A stretch of 64,000 bases of DNA, from contig NC_042999.1 of assembly GCF_006345805.1 (NCBI RefSeq), forward strand, positions 37,076,001-37,140,000. Reading direction: 5' to 3'. The DNA comes from Octopus sinensis. Lineage: Eukaryota. The translations under genes were made by a program, and so were the position numbers. A model generated the notes under the pieces. It worked only from the letters and a program-made list of their open reading frames with translations, was not told the origin of the DNA and searched no databases. Positions 38,363 to 50,700 of the stretch are shown one piece after another. Numbering within the stretch: position 1 is the first letter of the stretch; every line of letters starts with the position of its first letter.

Positions 38363-39903
38363 AGATCACTTCCTCCAATGCCCCCTCCCCTCTCAAAAGA
38401 TTTTTGTCATGCAGGTTACTTTGTGACCATGTCGGTGCAGGTGCCACTTAAAAATATTGGGAAGGCATCCAGCTGTAAAGACCTTGCCAAAACTGACTTC
38501 GCCTGTGCTTGTGCCACGTAAAGAACACTATGTGTTAGGAAGGGAATCCAGCTGTAAAAATCCTGTTAAAACAGTCACAGAAGTCTGGTGCAGGTTTCTG
38601 CCTGGCTGGCTCCTGTCAAACCGTCCCACCCATGCCAGCATGGAAGGTAGACATTAAATAATGATGATGATGGTACACACACACATGATACTGTTGTCAT
38701 GAAAAAAGCAGCCAGTACACTTTGTAAAGTGGTTGGCATTAGGAAGGTCATCTGATCAGTCATAGAATCCATTCCAAAGCAGACAATAAAGCTTGGTGCA
38801 GTCTTCTGGCTTGCCAGCTCTTGTCAAACAGCATGGAAAATGGACAGGAAATGATGGTGATGAAATGTATGTAACTATATATGGGTGTGTTTAGTTTTTT
38901 TTTTTTTATGTTTCTAATCTTGTGTAGAAATATGTCCCACCATAAAGGAAATGTTACCTAGCTTGGGTTAGAAACTAGTAAAGATTTGTGTCAGAAAGGA
39001 CATCTGGGCATCTGGGCATAGAAAATCTGCTTCAATGAATTCTGTCTGACCCATGCTTGCATAGAAAAATGGATGTTAAAACGATGATGAAGATACATAC
39101 ACGCGTGTGTGTATGTATCTCTCTATATATTATATTATATATTTATATATATATATATTATTATATTATATTATATATATGAAAGGCAGTTTGTCTGTAT
39201 GTGTGTCTGTCAGGTTGTACCCTCACCCTGACCACGGCTTTCAACCGATTCTGATGAAACTTGACACACACATAGCACAATGTCATAATTCAAAACTAAC
39301 ACAGCGAAAATTTTGAAAAGTTCACCCAGTTCTGAAAAAAATCGATAAATTCGAGATGGGGTCGAGAATCTAAGCTTATCATATGCAACACATTTTCCGT
39401 TGTAGTTTTTGCTACTTGCAATCTATTTTCACCAAACTCATGGTGAAGCTTAATGTTACCCTAAGGAACTTAATTCTGACGTTAGTTTTCCGTGCAATAC
39501 CTTACCATCAGAAAAAATCGATAAAATCATGCCATTTTGGGAAATCGCGTTCAAGTTCAAGATGACATATTTTCAATAATATCTTTAACAAATTGGCAGG
39601 AATTTTTTTTGAAATTCACAGCGAGCATCATGTCTGCTCCAAGGAGCTATATGGCCCTTTTAATTCCAATAGGATACGTTATTACTGGAAAAAACCGCAG
39701 AACTGGGTTGGGTGTGCTAAACAAAACCAGAAAATGCACTTTGACTGTCATAGATTTTCTTCATGCATGCAAGGGAACGGTGCCTTGAATGTGTTAATGC
39801 CTTTTAGGCTTCATTTTACAAAATAACGGTTCAATGAGTACAAAAAAGGATAAAGGGCATTGCTTATCGACAAAGTTTCTTACATACCTGGGCTATGCTG
39901 CTA

Positions 39904-39956
<53 letters not shown>

Positions 39957-42900
39957 CACATTTACATACCTACCATATTTACTCATGTATAAGTTGTACC
40001 CCAGTTTCTGTAGTTAAAATCAAATGCAAAATACTGTGATTTATACATGAGTAAATACAGTATATATATATTCATTCTAATCCCCTTTTTTCTCCATTAC
40101 AGAGGCTTATATGCCCTGATAGTATACTATTTTCTATAACCAATATATAGTGAAGGCTCATAATTCTATATACATACATACATACATACATATATGTATG
40201 TATATATATATATATATTATATATATATAAACTATTCTTATGGAACTGTGTATGTTTATCATTTCAGGTGAGAGACCAAATACGTGATTGCTTTATAACT
40301 GGTAAGAAGAATTTTGGAGATGCTGCCGCTACGCTGTTAGAAGCAGATGGTAAGTTTGGTTTAGTAATTAATCAGTCATTACAATTTGACGCTGATGTTT
40401 TATAATTTCAGTATATTGTTATTATGGTGCTGTTTGACCTTTTGCCTGCCCTGTGTGTCACATGTGATACACAGGATGCTTTTCTTTAGTGTCCATGCAT
40501 CATATATGCAATCCTAAATTTTTTGTTTTTCATTAGAGTAATTTGGGACTTAAAAAAGAAAAACATTATATTACTTAGAACGTATGAAACTAGGAGTAAC
40601 TAAAAATTTGGAAGCAAGCCCTGGACATCTAGGCATCTGTAAACAAGCTTGGACATCTCACCTTTAGTTCTCTCTCATTCTTTCTTACCCTTATCAACGA
40701 TAATGCAGTCAGTTATGACTTGTTCTTATTCTTCTACACAATCACAAATATGTGGTTGGCGTTAGGAAGGGCATCCAGCTGTAGAAACACTGCCAGATCA
40801 GACTGGGCCTGGTGCAGCCTTCTGGCTTCCCAGACCCCCAGTTGAACCGTCCAATCCATGCTAGCATGGAAAGCGGACGTTAAACGATGATGATGATGAT
40901 GTAATAGAGGATTATTTTATTTCTCTTCATGTAAGCTAAAATTGCCAAAACTTGAGATTTTTTTCCACATTTTTTTTAAAAATAAAATATCATCATCATC
41001 ATCATCATCATTTAGCGTCCGCTTTCCATGCCAGCATGGGTTGGACGGTTCAACTGGGGTCTGTGAAGCCGGAAGGCCGCATCAGGCCCAGACAGATCTG
41101 GCCATGTTTCTACGGCTGGATGCCCTTCCTAACGCCAACCACTCCGTGAGTGTAGTGGGTGCTTTTTATGTGCCACCCGCACAGGTGCCAGACGGAGCTG
41201 GCAAATGGCCACGCGGAACAAGAACGTAATGAACGATAATGAAAACATACGGACAGATATACATATATATATCATCATCATCATCATCATTTAGCGTCCG
41301 TTTTCCATGCTAGCATGGGTTGGACGGTTCTACTGGGGTCTGTGAAGCCAGAAGGCTTCATCAGGCCCAGTCAAATCTGGCAGTGTTTCTACGGCTGGAT
41401 GCCCTTCCTAACGCCAACCACTCCGTGAGTGTAGTGGGTGCTTTTTACGTGCCACCCGCACTGGTGCCAGACAGAGCTGGCAAACGGCCACGAATGGATG
41501 GTGCTTTTTATGTGCCACCGGCACGAGGGCCAGGCGAGGCTGGCAACGGACACGAAACGGGGCGGTGCTGGCAACGGTCGCGAAACGGAAAGTTCTCTTA
41601 CATGCCACCGGCACTGGTAACACATCTGCAATTTCCATTGATCGATTTCGATTCTGATCCTCACTTGCCTCAATGGGTCTTCACAAGCAGAGTTTCGACA
41701 TGCCACCGGCAGCACATCCGCAATTTCCATTGATCGATTTCGATTCTGATCCTCACTTGCCTCAACACGTCTTCACAAGTAGAGTTTTGTGTCCCAAGAA
41801 GGGAAGGTATGCATACGTAGGCTGGCTCCATCCCATGTAGAAGGCCACGGGTTGTGGACTCACTTGTCCTGCCGGTCTTCTCGCGCACAGCACACTTCCA
41901 GAGGTCTCGGTCTCTAGTCATTTCCTCAGTGAGACCTAAAGTTCGAAGGTCGTGCTTCACCACCTCGTCCCAGGTTTTCCTGGGTCTGCCTCTTCCACAG
42001 GTTCCCTCAACCGCTAGGGAGTGGCACTTTTTCACACAACTATCTTCATCCATTCTCGCCACATGACCATACCAGCGCAAACGTCTCTCTTGCACACCAC
42101 AACTGATGCTTCTTAGGTCCAGCTTTTCTCTCAAGGTACTTACACTCTGCCGAGTGTGAGTACCGGCATTACACATCCATCGGAGCATACTGGCTTCATT
42201 TCTAGCGAGCTTACGCATATCCTCAGCAGTCACGGCCCATGTTTCACTGCCATGTAGCATGGCTGTTCGTACACACGCATCATACAGTCTGCCTTTCACT
42301 CTGTGCGAGAGGCCTTTTGTCACCAGCAGAGGTAAGAGCTCTCTGAACTTTGCCCAAGCTATTCTTACTCTAGCAGTTACACTTTCAGCACACCCGCCCC
42401 CGCTGCTGACTTGGTCACCTAGGTAACGGAAACTATCAACTATTTCTAGTTTTTCTCCCTGGAAAGTGACGGAAGTTGGTCTCAGAGCATTTTCAGTGTT
42501 TATTGTTCCTGAGCATCTGCCACATACAAAAACCATCTTCCTAGTTAGCCTTCCTTTGACATTGCTGCATCTCTTATGTGTCCATAGCTTACACTTGGTG
42601 CATCTTATAGAGTTTCTACCTACACCTTTTCTACAGATCGAGCAGGGCCATCTACCTGAAGGTGTTTGTGATTTGTCTACCTTCCTACTGATTACGACTT
42701 TGGTTTTAGCTAGATTGACTCTGAGGCCCTTCGATTCTAATCCTTGTTTCCACACCTGAAACTTCTCCTCCAGTTCTGATAGCGACTCAGCAATTAGAGC
42801 AAGGTCATCAGCATAGAGGAGCTCCCAAGGGCATCCTGTCTTGAATTCCTCCGTTATTGCATGGAGGACTAAGATAAATAGGAGGGGGCTGAGTACTGAG

Positions 42901-44718
42901 CCTTGGTGGACCCCTACCTCTACCCGGAATTCTTCACTGTACTCATTTCCAACCCTCACCCTACTAGCGGCGTCCCTATACATGGCCCGCACAGCTCTCA
43001 CTAACCATTCATCTATCCCTAGTTTTCTCATTGCCCACCAGATAAGGGATCGGGGGACCCTGTCGAAGGCTTTCTCCATGTCAACAAAAGCCAGGTACAG
43101 GGGCTTATCTTTGGCTAGGTATTTCTCCTGCAGCTGCCTTACCAGGAATATAGCATCAGTAGTACTTTTCCCTGGCACAAACCCAAACTGCATCTCATCT
43201 AAACTAACTCTCTCTCTAATTAGTTGGGCTATGACCCTCTCCGTAACCTTCATCACCTGGTCCAACAGCTTGATACCTCTGTAGTTATTTGTATCTAGGG
43301 CATCACCTTTACCTTTGTAGCAGTTGACTATTATACTGCTACACCAGTCATTGGGTATGACCCCTTTGTGTATCACCTGATTAACTATATGGGTGACTAG
43401 GCTATAGCCGACACTACCAGACATTTTGAGCATCTCTGCAGTGATTCCTGATGGGCCTGGGGCTTTCCCTGTCTTCATGCTTCTAATTGCCTTAGCTTCC
43501 ACAGAACTATCAACTCGGATAGCTGGTCCCTCTGTTGGGTCAACATTCGGCAGACTCTCTTTATCCCATTCATTTTCTTCATTCAGCAACCTTTCATAGT
43601 GGCATCTCCAGACCTCTCTCTTTGCATCCTCATTTAGCGCAAGTGAACCATCTTCCATGCGAACACACTTCTCTCCTACCACATCACGATTCTCTCTCAC
43701 ACACTGTCTTGCAACACGAAACACCTCCAGTCTTTGGTCCTCACGGCGCAGAACATTGGCAAATTTTTTCTTATCTGCTTCCCCTCTGGCTAAATAAACC
43801 TGTCTCCTAGCTTCTCTTTTGGCAGTCTGATACAATTCCCTGCTACCCCCATTTTTCCAGACCTTCCAAGCCTGTCTCTTTTCTCTATAGCCCTGTCTAC
43901 AATATTGTTCCACCACCACGTTATTCTAGGTCGAGAGGGGTCTTTGCACCAGCCACAGATCTGGTCAGTGGCTCTCAGCAGGTTGTCCCTTAGAAACGTC
44001 CAGCTGTCTTCTACCCCCTGTGATGCTCTATCCCCTTCTACTTCGTCAAACAGACACATACACTCATAAATACACATATAAAAATGCACTTGAATGCATA
44101 TACATAAATACAAATGTATTTACAAAATATATATTTTTTTTTTTTTTTTTTTTTTACTTGTTTCAGTCATTTTGACTGCGGCCATGCTGGAGCACCGCCT
44201 TTAATCGAGCAACTCGACCCCGGGACTTATTCTTTGTAAGCCCAGTACTTATTCTATCGGTCTCTTTTGCCGAACCGCTAAGTGACAGGGACGTAAACAC
44301 ACCAGCATCGGTTGTCAAGCAATGCTAGGGGGACAAACACAGACACACAAACACACACACGCATATAAACATATATACGACGGGCTTCTTTCAGTTTCCA
44401 TCTACCAAATCCACTCACAAGGCTTTGGTCGGCCCGAGGCTATAGTCGAAGACACTTGCCCAAGATGCCACGCAGTGGAACTGAACCCGGAACCATGTGG
44501 TTGGTAAAGAAGCTACTTACCACACACCCACTCCTGCGCCTATATATAAATTTATAAATATAAATTAATAATTTTAAATTTTTAACTTTAAATTTAAATA
44601 ATTTAAATTTTGAATTTTATATTTTATATATTTTGTATATTATATTAATTTATTTCTATGTTTTGGTTTATGTTTTTCACTGTTTGATTTGCCTAATAGT
44701 GGGTTTATCTCTAATTTA

Positions 44719-44749
<31 letters not shown>

Positions 44750-47700
44750 TGAAACTGACTTATTGGAAGTCCACCTGAAGATTGTCGATCAAGACAAGAA
44801 ACAATTGTAGTGGCGGTTTTTTTGACTATTTATTAAAATTTTATGTATTGATTAAGTCTTTCCTTGTTTGTTTTGCAAAATAGTGGTTTTGTCTCTAATA
44901 ATATTTTATATATATATATATATATATAGATAAGGCACTTGCTGTCAGTAATTACTCTGGGTAGGCAGTTAGTGATCTTTATGTAGTAAAACATACAAAA
45001 AATAAGAGAAGTACAGCTGCGTGACTGAGTTGAAGGCAGATTTACTTCCGCCTTTATAGCACGTAAAGAAAACAGTGTTGTAGGGGTGTACACAGCATAT
45101 GTACTACAGTACCACTATGGCATAGCTTAATACTGAGATTGAAAAGCAGGGACAAATTATGCCTACCTAATCTACAAAAAAAACAAAATATTTTGCATTT
45201 TATGCATAATAATCAGAGTAACCTTCATAATTTTATTGAATTAAGAGCATATTTTGCCACAAAAGGAAAATGTTGCTATCGATCTATTTTATTCAAGGTA
45301 GGCACTGTCTACCTTGCCTACCTAGACAGCACATCCCTGGTATAGATATATATATCTTTTTCTGTTTCTCTCAATCTCTCACTCTGACTTTCTCTCTGAC
45401 ACTTACCTTCCTCTCCTTCCTTGTCCTACTGGAGTAACCAAGTATCTCTTCCATGGCGAGACAACTATCTCTATCCCTCTATTATACTCTAACCTTCCAC
45501 CTGTCTCACAGCCATTTCTCTTGGTTCCAATCCTGTTCTCAGCTGAGAGGTCTTTGTCTTGCAAGCTACTTGGCAACGCCTGTGCTGGTGCCCTGTAAAA
45601 AGCACCCAGTACACTCTGTAAAGTGGTTGGTGTTAGGAAGGGCATCCAGCCATAGAAACCATACCAAAATAGACAAATGAAACCTGGTGCAGCTTTCTGG
45701 CTTGCCAGTTCTGGTCAAACTGTCCAACCCATACCAACATGCAAAACAGACATTAAATGATGATGTTAGTGATATATATATATAGGGAGAGTTTATGAAA
45801 AAAACAAAAGACGAAGACAGGTGGTGTACAAAACAAACAGATGTATTAGTATAACGCTCAGGAATAGAAAAAGTCTTTTACGTTTCGAGCCTTCGCTCTT
45901 CTACAGAAAGGGACACAGAAAAAACAAGGAGAGAAAAAATGTGTGTAGTGGCTAAGAGAAAAGATGAGAAAACACAGGAGATTTGTTTTACAGTATTAAG
46001 GAGTATATTAAATTCATAATAATAAAGATATTATTATACAATTTTGTACAAAATGAGATTTTATTTTTTCAACATAATCATAATAAGAACCGTTTCGCAT
46101 TGCTCATCAAGCTAAGGTTTGAAAAATAGACATATTGCTTGGGGGAAGACATATATATATATATATATTTGTGTGAATCTTAAACTCATTTTTTTTTTAC
46201 TAATGAACATTTAATGTAACATATTGCTTGAAATGTTTTACAGATGAAATATTTGGGGATTTTGAAGATCTTGAAACTGGAGAAACATACAAAGGAAAAA
46301 CTGAAAATGAAGCTGATAAAAATGATGATGCAAATGAGGACGAAGGTAATGGCTGAAACGAAAAGCATTAATCTGTTTCTGTGATTTGAAGAAGACCATG
46401 TTTGCTGTGTGTGTGTGTGTGTGTGTAAGATCTTTATGTCTTGATGTATGTGCATGCTAATTGTCAGCAAAAGTGTGTCTGGTCATTAAACTCTTTTGCT
46501 GTTCAGAAAATATTACCTAACTTGAGGTTTAGTTATATTCTCTTGGAGAAAAATCTTTTTGAATCTGCTTGAACAAGTTTTGTCTGACCAATGCAAGCAT
46601 GGAAAAGTATATAGTAGTGGCATTCATTGGCCGTTGCCAGCCTCGGGCCGTTGCCAGCCTCGGGCCGTTGCCAGCCTCGGGCCGTTGCCAGCCTCGGGCC
46701 GTTGCCAGCCTCGGGCCGTTGTCAGCCTCGCCTGGCCTCCGTGCCGGTGGCACGTAAAAAGCACCATCCGACCATGGCCGTTTGCCAGCCTCATCTGGCA
46801 CCTGTGCTGGTGGCATGTAAAAAGCACCCACTACACTCATGGAGTGGTTGGCGTTAGGAAGGGCATCCAGCCGTAGAAACATTGCCAGATCAGACTGGGC
46901 CTGGTGCAGCCTTCTGGCTTCCCAGACCCCAGTCGCACCGTCCAACCCATGCCAGCATGGAAAGCGGACGCTAAACGATGATGATGATGATGATTCCATC
47001 TTCAGAATTTTCTGAAAGTTTTGACTGTTTTGCAAATAATTTGTTTCAGATGATTCCAAAACATCAGAAGAAAAACGAATGGAGAACAAACTGAAATTGA
47101 AAGAAATGTTTGATAAAAGTTATGACAATAAAGGTGATGATGAGTTTTATGAAACTTGGAAAAGCGAGGCAGAATCACAGGCGAAGGTAAGGAAAATAGT
47201 TTATGTGGTCAACGTTCTATGTTTTATGCATGAATCTCTTTGTTGGAACAGTAATATTGTATTACAAATATACTCCAGTAATACTGTTCTGTACTACAGT
47301 AATATTGTTTTGTACTCCAGTAATACTGTTCTGTACTCCAGTAATACTGTTCTGTACTCCAGTAATACTGTTCTGTACTCCAGTAATACTGTTCTGTACT
47401 CCAGTAATACTGTTCTGTACTCCAGTAATGCTGTTTTGTACTCCAGTAATACTGTATTGTACTCCAATAACACTGTACTGTACTCCAGTAATACTGTACT
47501 CTACCTCAATAATACTGCACTCCAATAATATTGTACTGTACTTCAATAATACTACTACACTCCAATAATAATGCACTCTAATAACATTGTACTGTACTCC
47601 AATAATACTGCATTATATTCCGATTAAACTGTAATGTAGTTTAATTCTAATGGACTGTACTCTAATAACTGTATTGTACTCCAATAACACCATATGCCAC

Positions 47701-50700
47701 TAATACTGTACTGTACTCCAAATCCTACTTGTTATCTTTTAGCTCCAGATTAGCTCTGTTCAAATAGACTTGAGCTCAAGGGCATTCCAATTGTGACCCT
47801 CCCATCCTTTTGTGTGTCCAGAACCACAGTGCTCAATGTGTTCTTTTTTGAGATGGTCATATGATTTGAGGGAGATTTGGTTGCTATTTCTTGCAAGATC
47901 AGCTACTGCGTAGAGTTTTCTTAGTAAGATTTATAAGTTGAAGTTGAAATACCAACTCTGTACGAGAGGTTTAGAAATGATTTTGGTGGTTGTCACTTCT
48001 TTACACCAACATTGAACTTGACTTCAAAGTTGTTTTTTGTTGACTGCAATACAACTTCTATACTTCAACTTTTGTTGTTTAATTAATGTAAATATTTTTG
48101 TAATTGTTGTGCACATAGTGATATTGTCAACTTTTTTGGTTCTTTCTAATTGGATCAGTGAGCACTTCTTTATCCAGCTGTCATCCTCCATATGCATCAT
48201 ATGTCTATACCAGTTCAGGTTTCTCTTTGCAAATAGGCACACACATGACTTCTAGTTTAGAAACTTGTTTCCCAATCTTGTGGTTCACTTCCACTGCAGA
48301 GCACCAGGATTACCTTCTCAATTTTATCATGCCTGTTGTTATATTGTTAATAGTATTAATGGCATCTTGTAAAATTTTGTACATTTTCTTTTTCATATAA
48401 ATTTGTAGCTAAATAAAGAAGAATTTACAAATCTCCCTGATGACGTTCGCGTCCAGTATGAAGGCTACCGCCCTGGAATGTATCTTCGGATAGAAATAAA
48501 GAATATGCCCTGTGAATTTATCCAGCATTTTGATCCGAGCTATCCTATTGTTATTGGTGGTATCCAGAACATTGAAGAAAATATTGGCTTTGTCAGAGTA
48601 AGTATGTGTTAACGAGATTATGAAGACAGGTGATTGTGTTGTTTGAATGACATCAAGCAGTAGATTTATTTCAGCTCAGTTTTATTGTAACGTAGATGAC
48701 AAAGAATCTGATACCACATCATCATCATCATTCAGCGTCCACTTTCCATGCTGGCATGGGTTGGATGGTGCAACTGGGGTCTGGGAAGCCAGTCTGATCT
48801 GGCAATGTTTCTGCGGTTGGATGCCCTTCCTAACACCAACCACTCCGTGAGTGTAGTGGGTGCTTTTTACGTGCCAGACGAGGCTGGCAAACGGCCACGA
48901 TCAGATGGTGCTTTTTACGTGCCACCGGCACGAGGCCAGTCGGGGCGGTGCTGGCAACGGCCACGTTCGGATGGTTCTCTTACGTGCCACCGGCACTGGT
49001 ATCACAGCTGCAATTTCCATTGATGTTGATCGAAAAATATTTATTAGCAACAGAGACAGTGTTAATACTTAGTTAGGTGATATTTATCCCCACTTAAATG
49101 TGGAAGTTCTGTTAGAACAAACTATACTGTGGTAGTTACCATGAGGAAACTCTCATATTGGCTTTTTGGTGCAAAATGCACACTTGTTTATATCGCTAGC
49201 GGAGAGAAAAATCTCTACCATCTCCAGCACTGAGACTACCAGTTCACATGATTTCAACCTCTCTGGTCTTGTCAATGATGGAGGTTTGCTTGTTAGAGAT
49301 GTCAATGATACATCTCCCTGGCCAGCAATACTTTAAATAACAGTGCCAGTGCAGGCACTGGTGTTGTGATTATCCAGTGTGCTTGTTAAAAAATATTTAT
49401 TAGCGACAGAGCCAGTATTAATATAGTTTGTTCTAACAGAACATCCACATTTAAGTGGGAGTAAATATTACTTCTCGGTATTAGTTCTGCGTCTGTCACT
49501 AATAACCCTTCTGTGGAAATGTTTGAGGACTTAATTTCTATGAAAGATTAATTCTATTAACAATGTCATTGCATCAAAATTTTTTATACTTATGTGCTGG
49601 TAAAATATCCAAATAAATAATATGGCATTTCCTTTTCTTTTCGTATTTAGGCTCGCTTTAAGAAACATCGTTGGTATAAAAAAATCTTAAAATCCAGAAA
49701 CCCTGTGATTATGTCAGTTGGTTGGCGAAGATTCCAGACACTCCCAGCTTATTATATCCAAGACCATAACTATAGGAATCGTCTTTTGAAATACACACCA
49801 GAACACCTACATTGTAACACTATGTTTTGGGGTAAGTTAAAATTTTATTGTTCACCCTTATTTATGATTGTATGTTTCTTGTAGTCCCATCCATCTAAGA
49901 TATCCAGCTACCAAAATATTAGGTGGCGATGTTTTTGTTGTGTTTGCTTTGTTGTTAGCCACTCTCTTAGAAACTAGGAAGTTCAACAAATTTTTTATCA
50001 AAGGTTAATAAATTATCTTTTTGTATTTCGAAATTATTGCTTGAATTAGTAAGTTATTTAGATTTTAAATATGTGGCATACCTATTTTGAATGTCTCATA
50101 TGAATGTTCATCATCATCATTGTCCATCCATTTTCCATGCTGAGTGGACTGGAGCAACATGAAATGAAGTGTTTTGCTCAAGAACGCAACGCGTCGCCCA
50201 GTCCAGGAATTGAAACCACAATCTTACGATCATGGTGCTGACACCCTAACCACTAAACCACACGCCTCCACAATGTGAATAAATAAGCTTTACATTTGAC
50301 AGAGTAATTTGAATGCCAAAAGGTTAAAGTGTTAAATATATATTGAAAGTTATCATTTATTGTTATTTTGCTTCTTTATTTTTTCAGGACCAATTGTTCC
50401 TCAAGGCACTGGTATTTTAGCTATTGAGACATTAGACAATTCTTCAGTAAGTTTTTCAGCTCCTTACTTTATTACTTAGTGTTAATAGAATATAATGTTA
50501 TTGTTGTTGAGCAGACTTATGACCAAAGGCATCCAGCTGTGATCAACATATCTTCTTCTTTGTTGTTGTTGAGTAAACCTAGTCAAAAAAATACCTGCTA
50601 TGACCAACATATCTTTGTTGCACAGTAAACCTATGCTCAAGTGTATTCCAACAGTAATCAATATATCTGTGTTGCCATTGAGCTGATTTAAGGTCAAGGA

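Noticed and set aside
37966-38426. IYIYIY / YIYI-rich ORFs here and elsewhere
   Set aside because: (TA)n microsatellite translations.
41670-41859. C-terminal 60 aa of the 749-aa ORF as a real domain
   Set aside because: Read-through into the 3' UTR after a frameshift; the sister copy stops at the equivalent TGA.
43890-43919. Start codon of the 749-aa ORF ([11 protein letters not shown])
   Set aside because: Out-of-frame artefact upstream of a 1-bp deletion; the true frame continues in the 43790-44113 ORF and the element is 5'-truncated.
44930-45340. Possible degenerate hAT-like element
   Set aside because: The terminal match is too weak and there is no TSD; not supportable.
47187-47576. 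Repetitive ORFs (YSSNTVL)n, (CTPVILF)n, (ITGVQNS)n as proteins
   Set aside because: Translations of a stop-free 21-bp intronic minisatellite.
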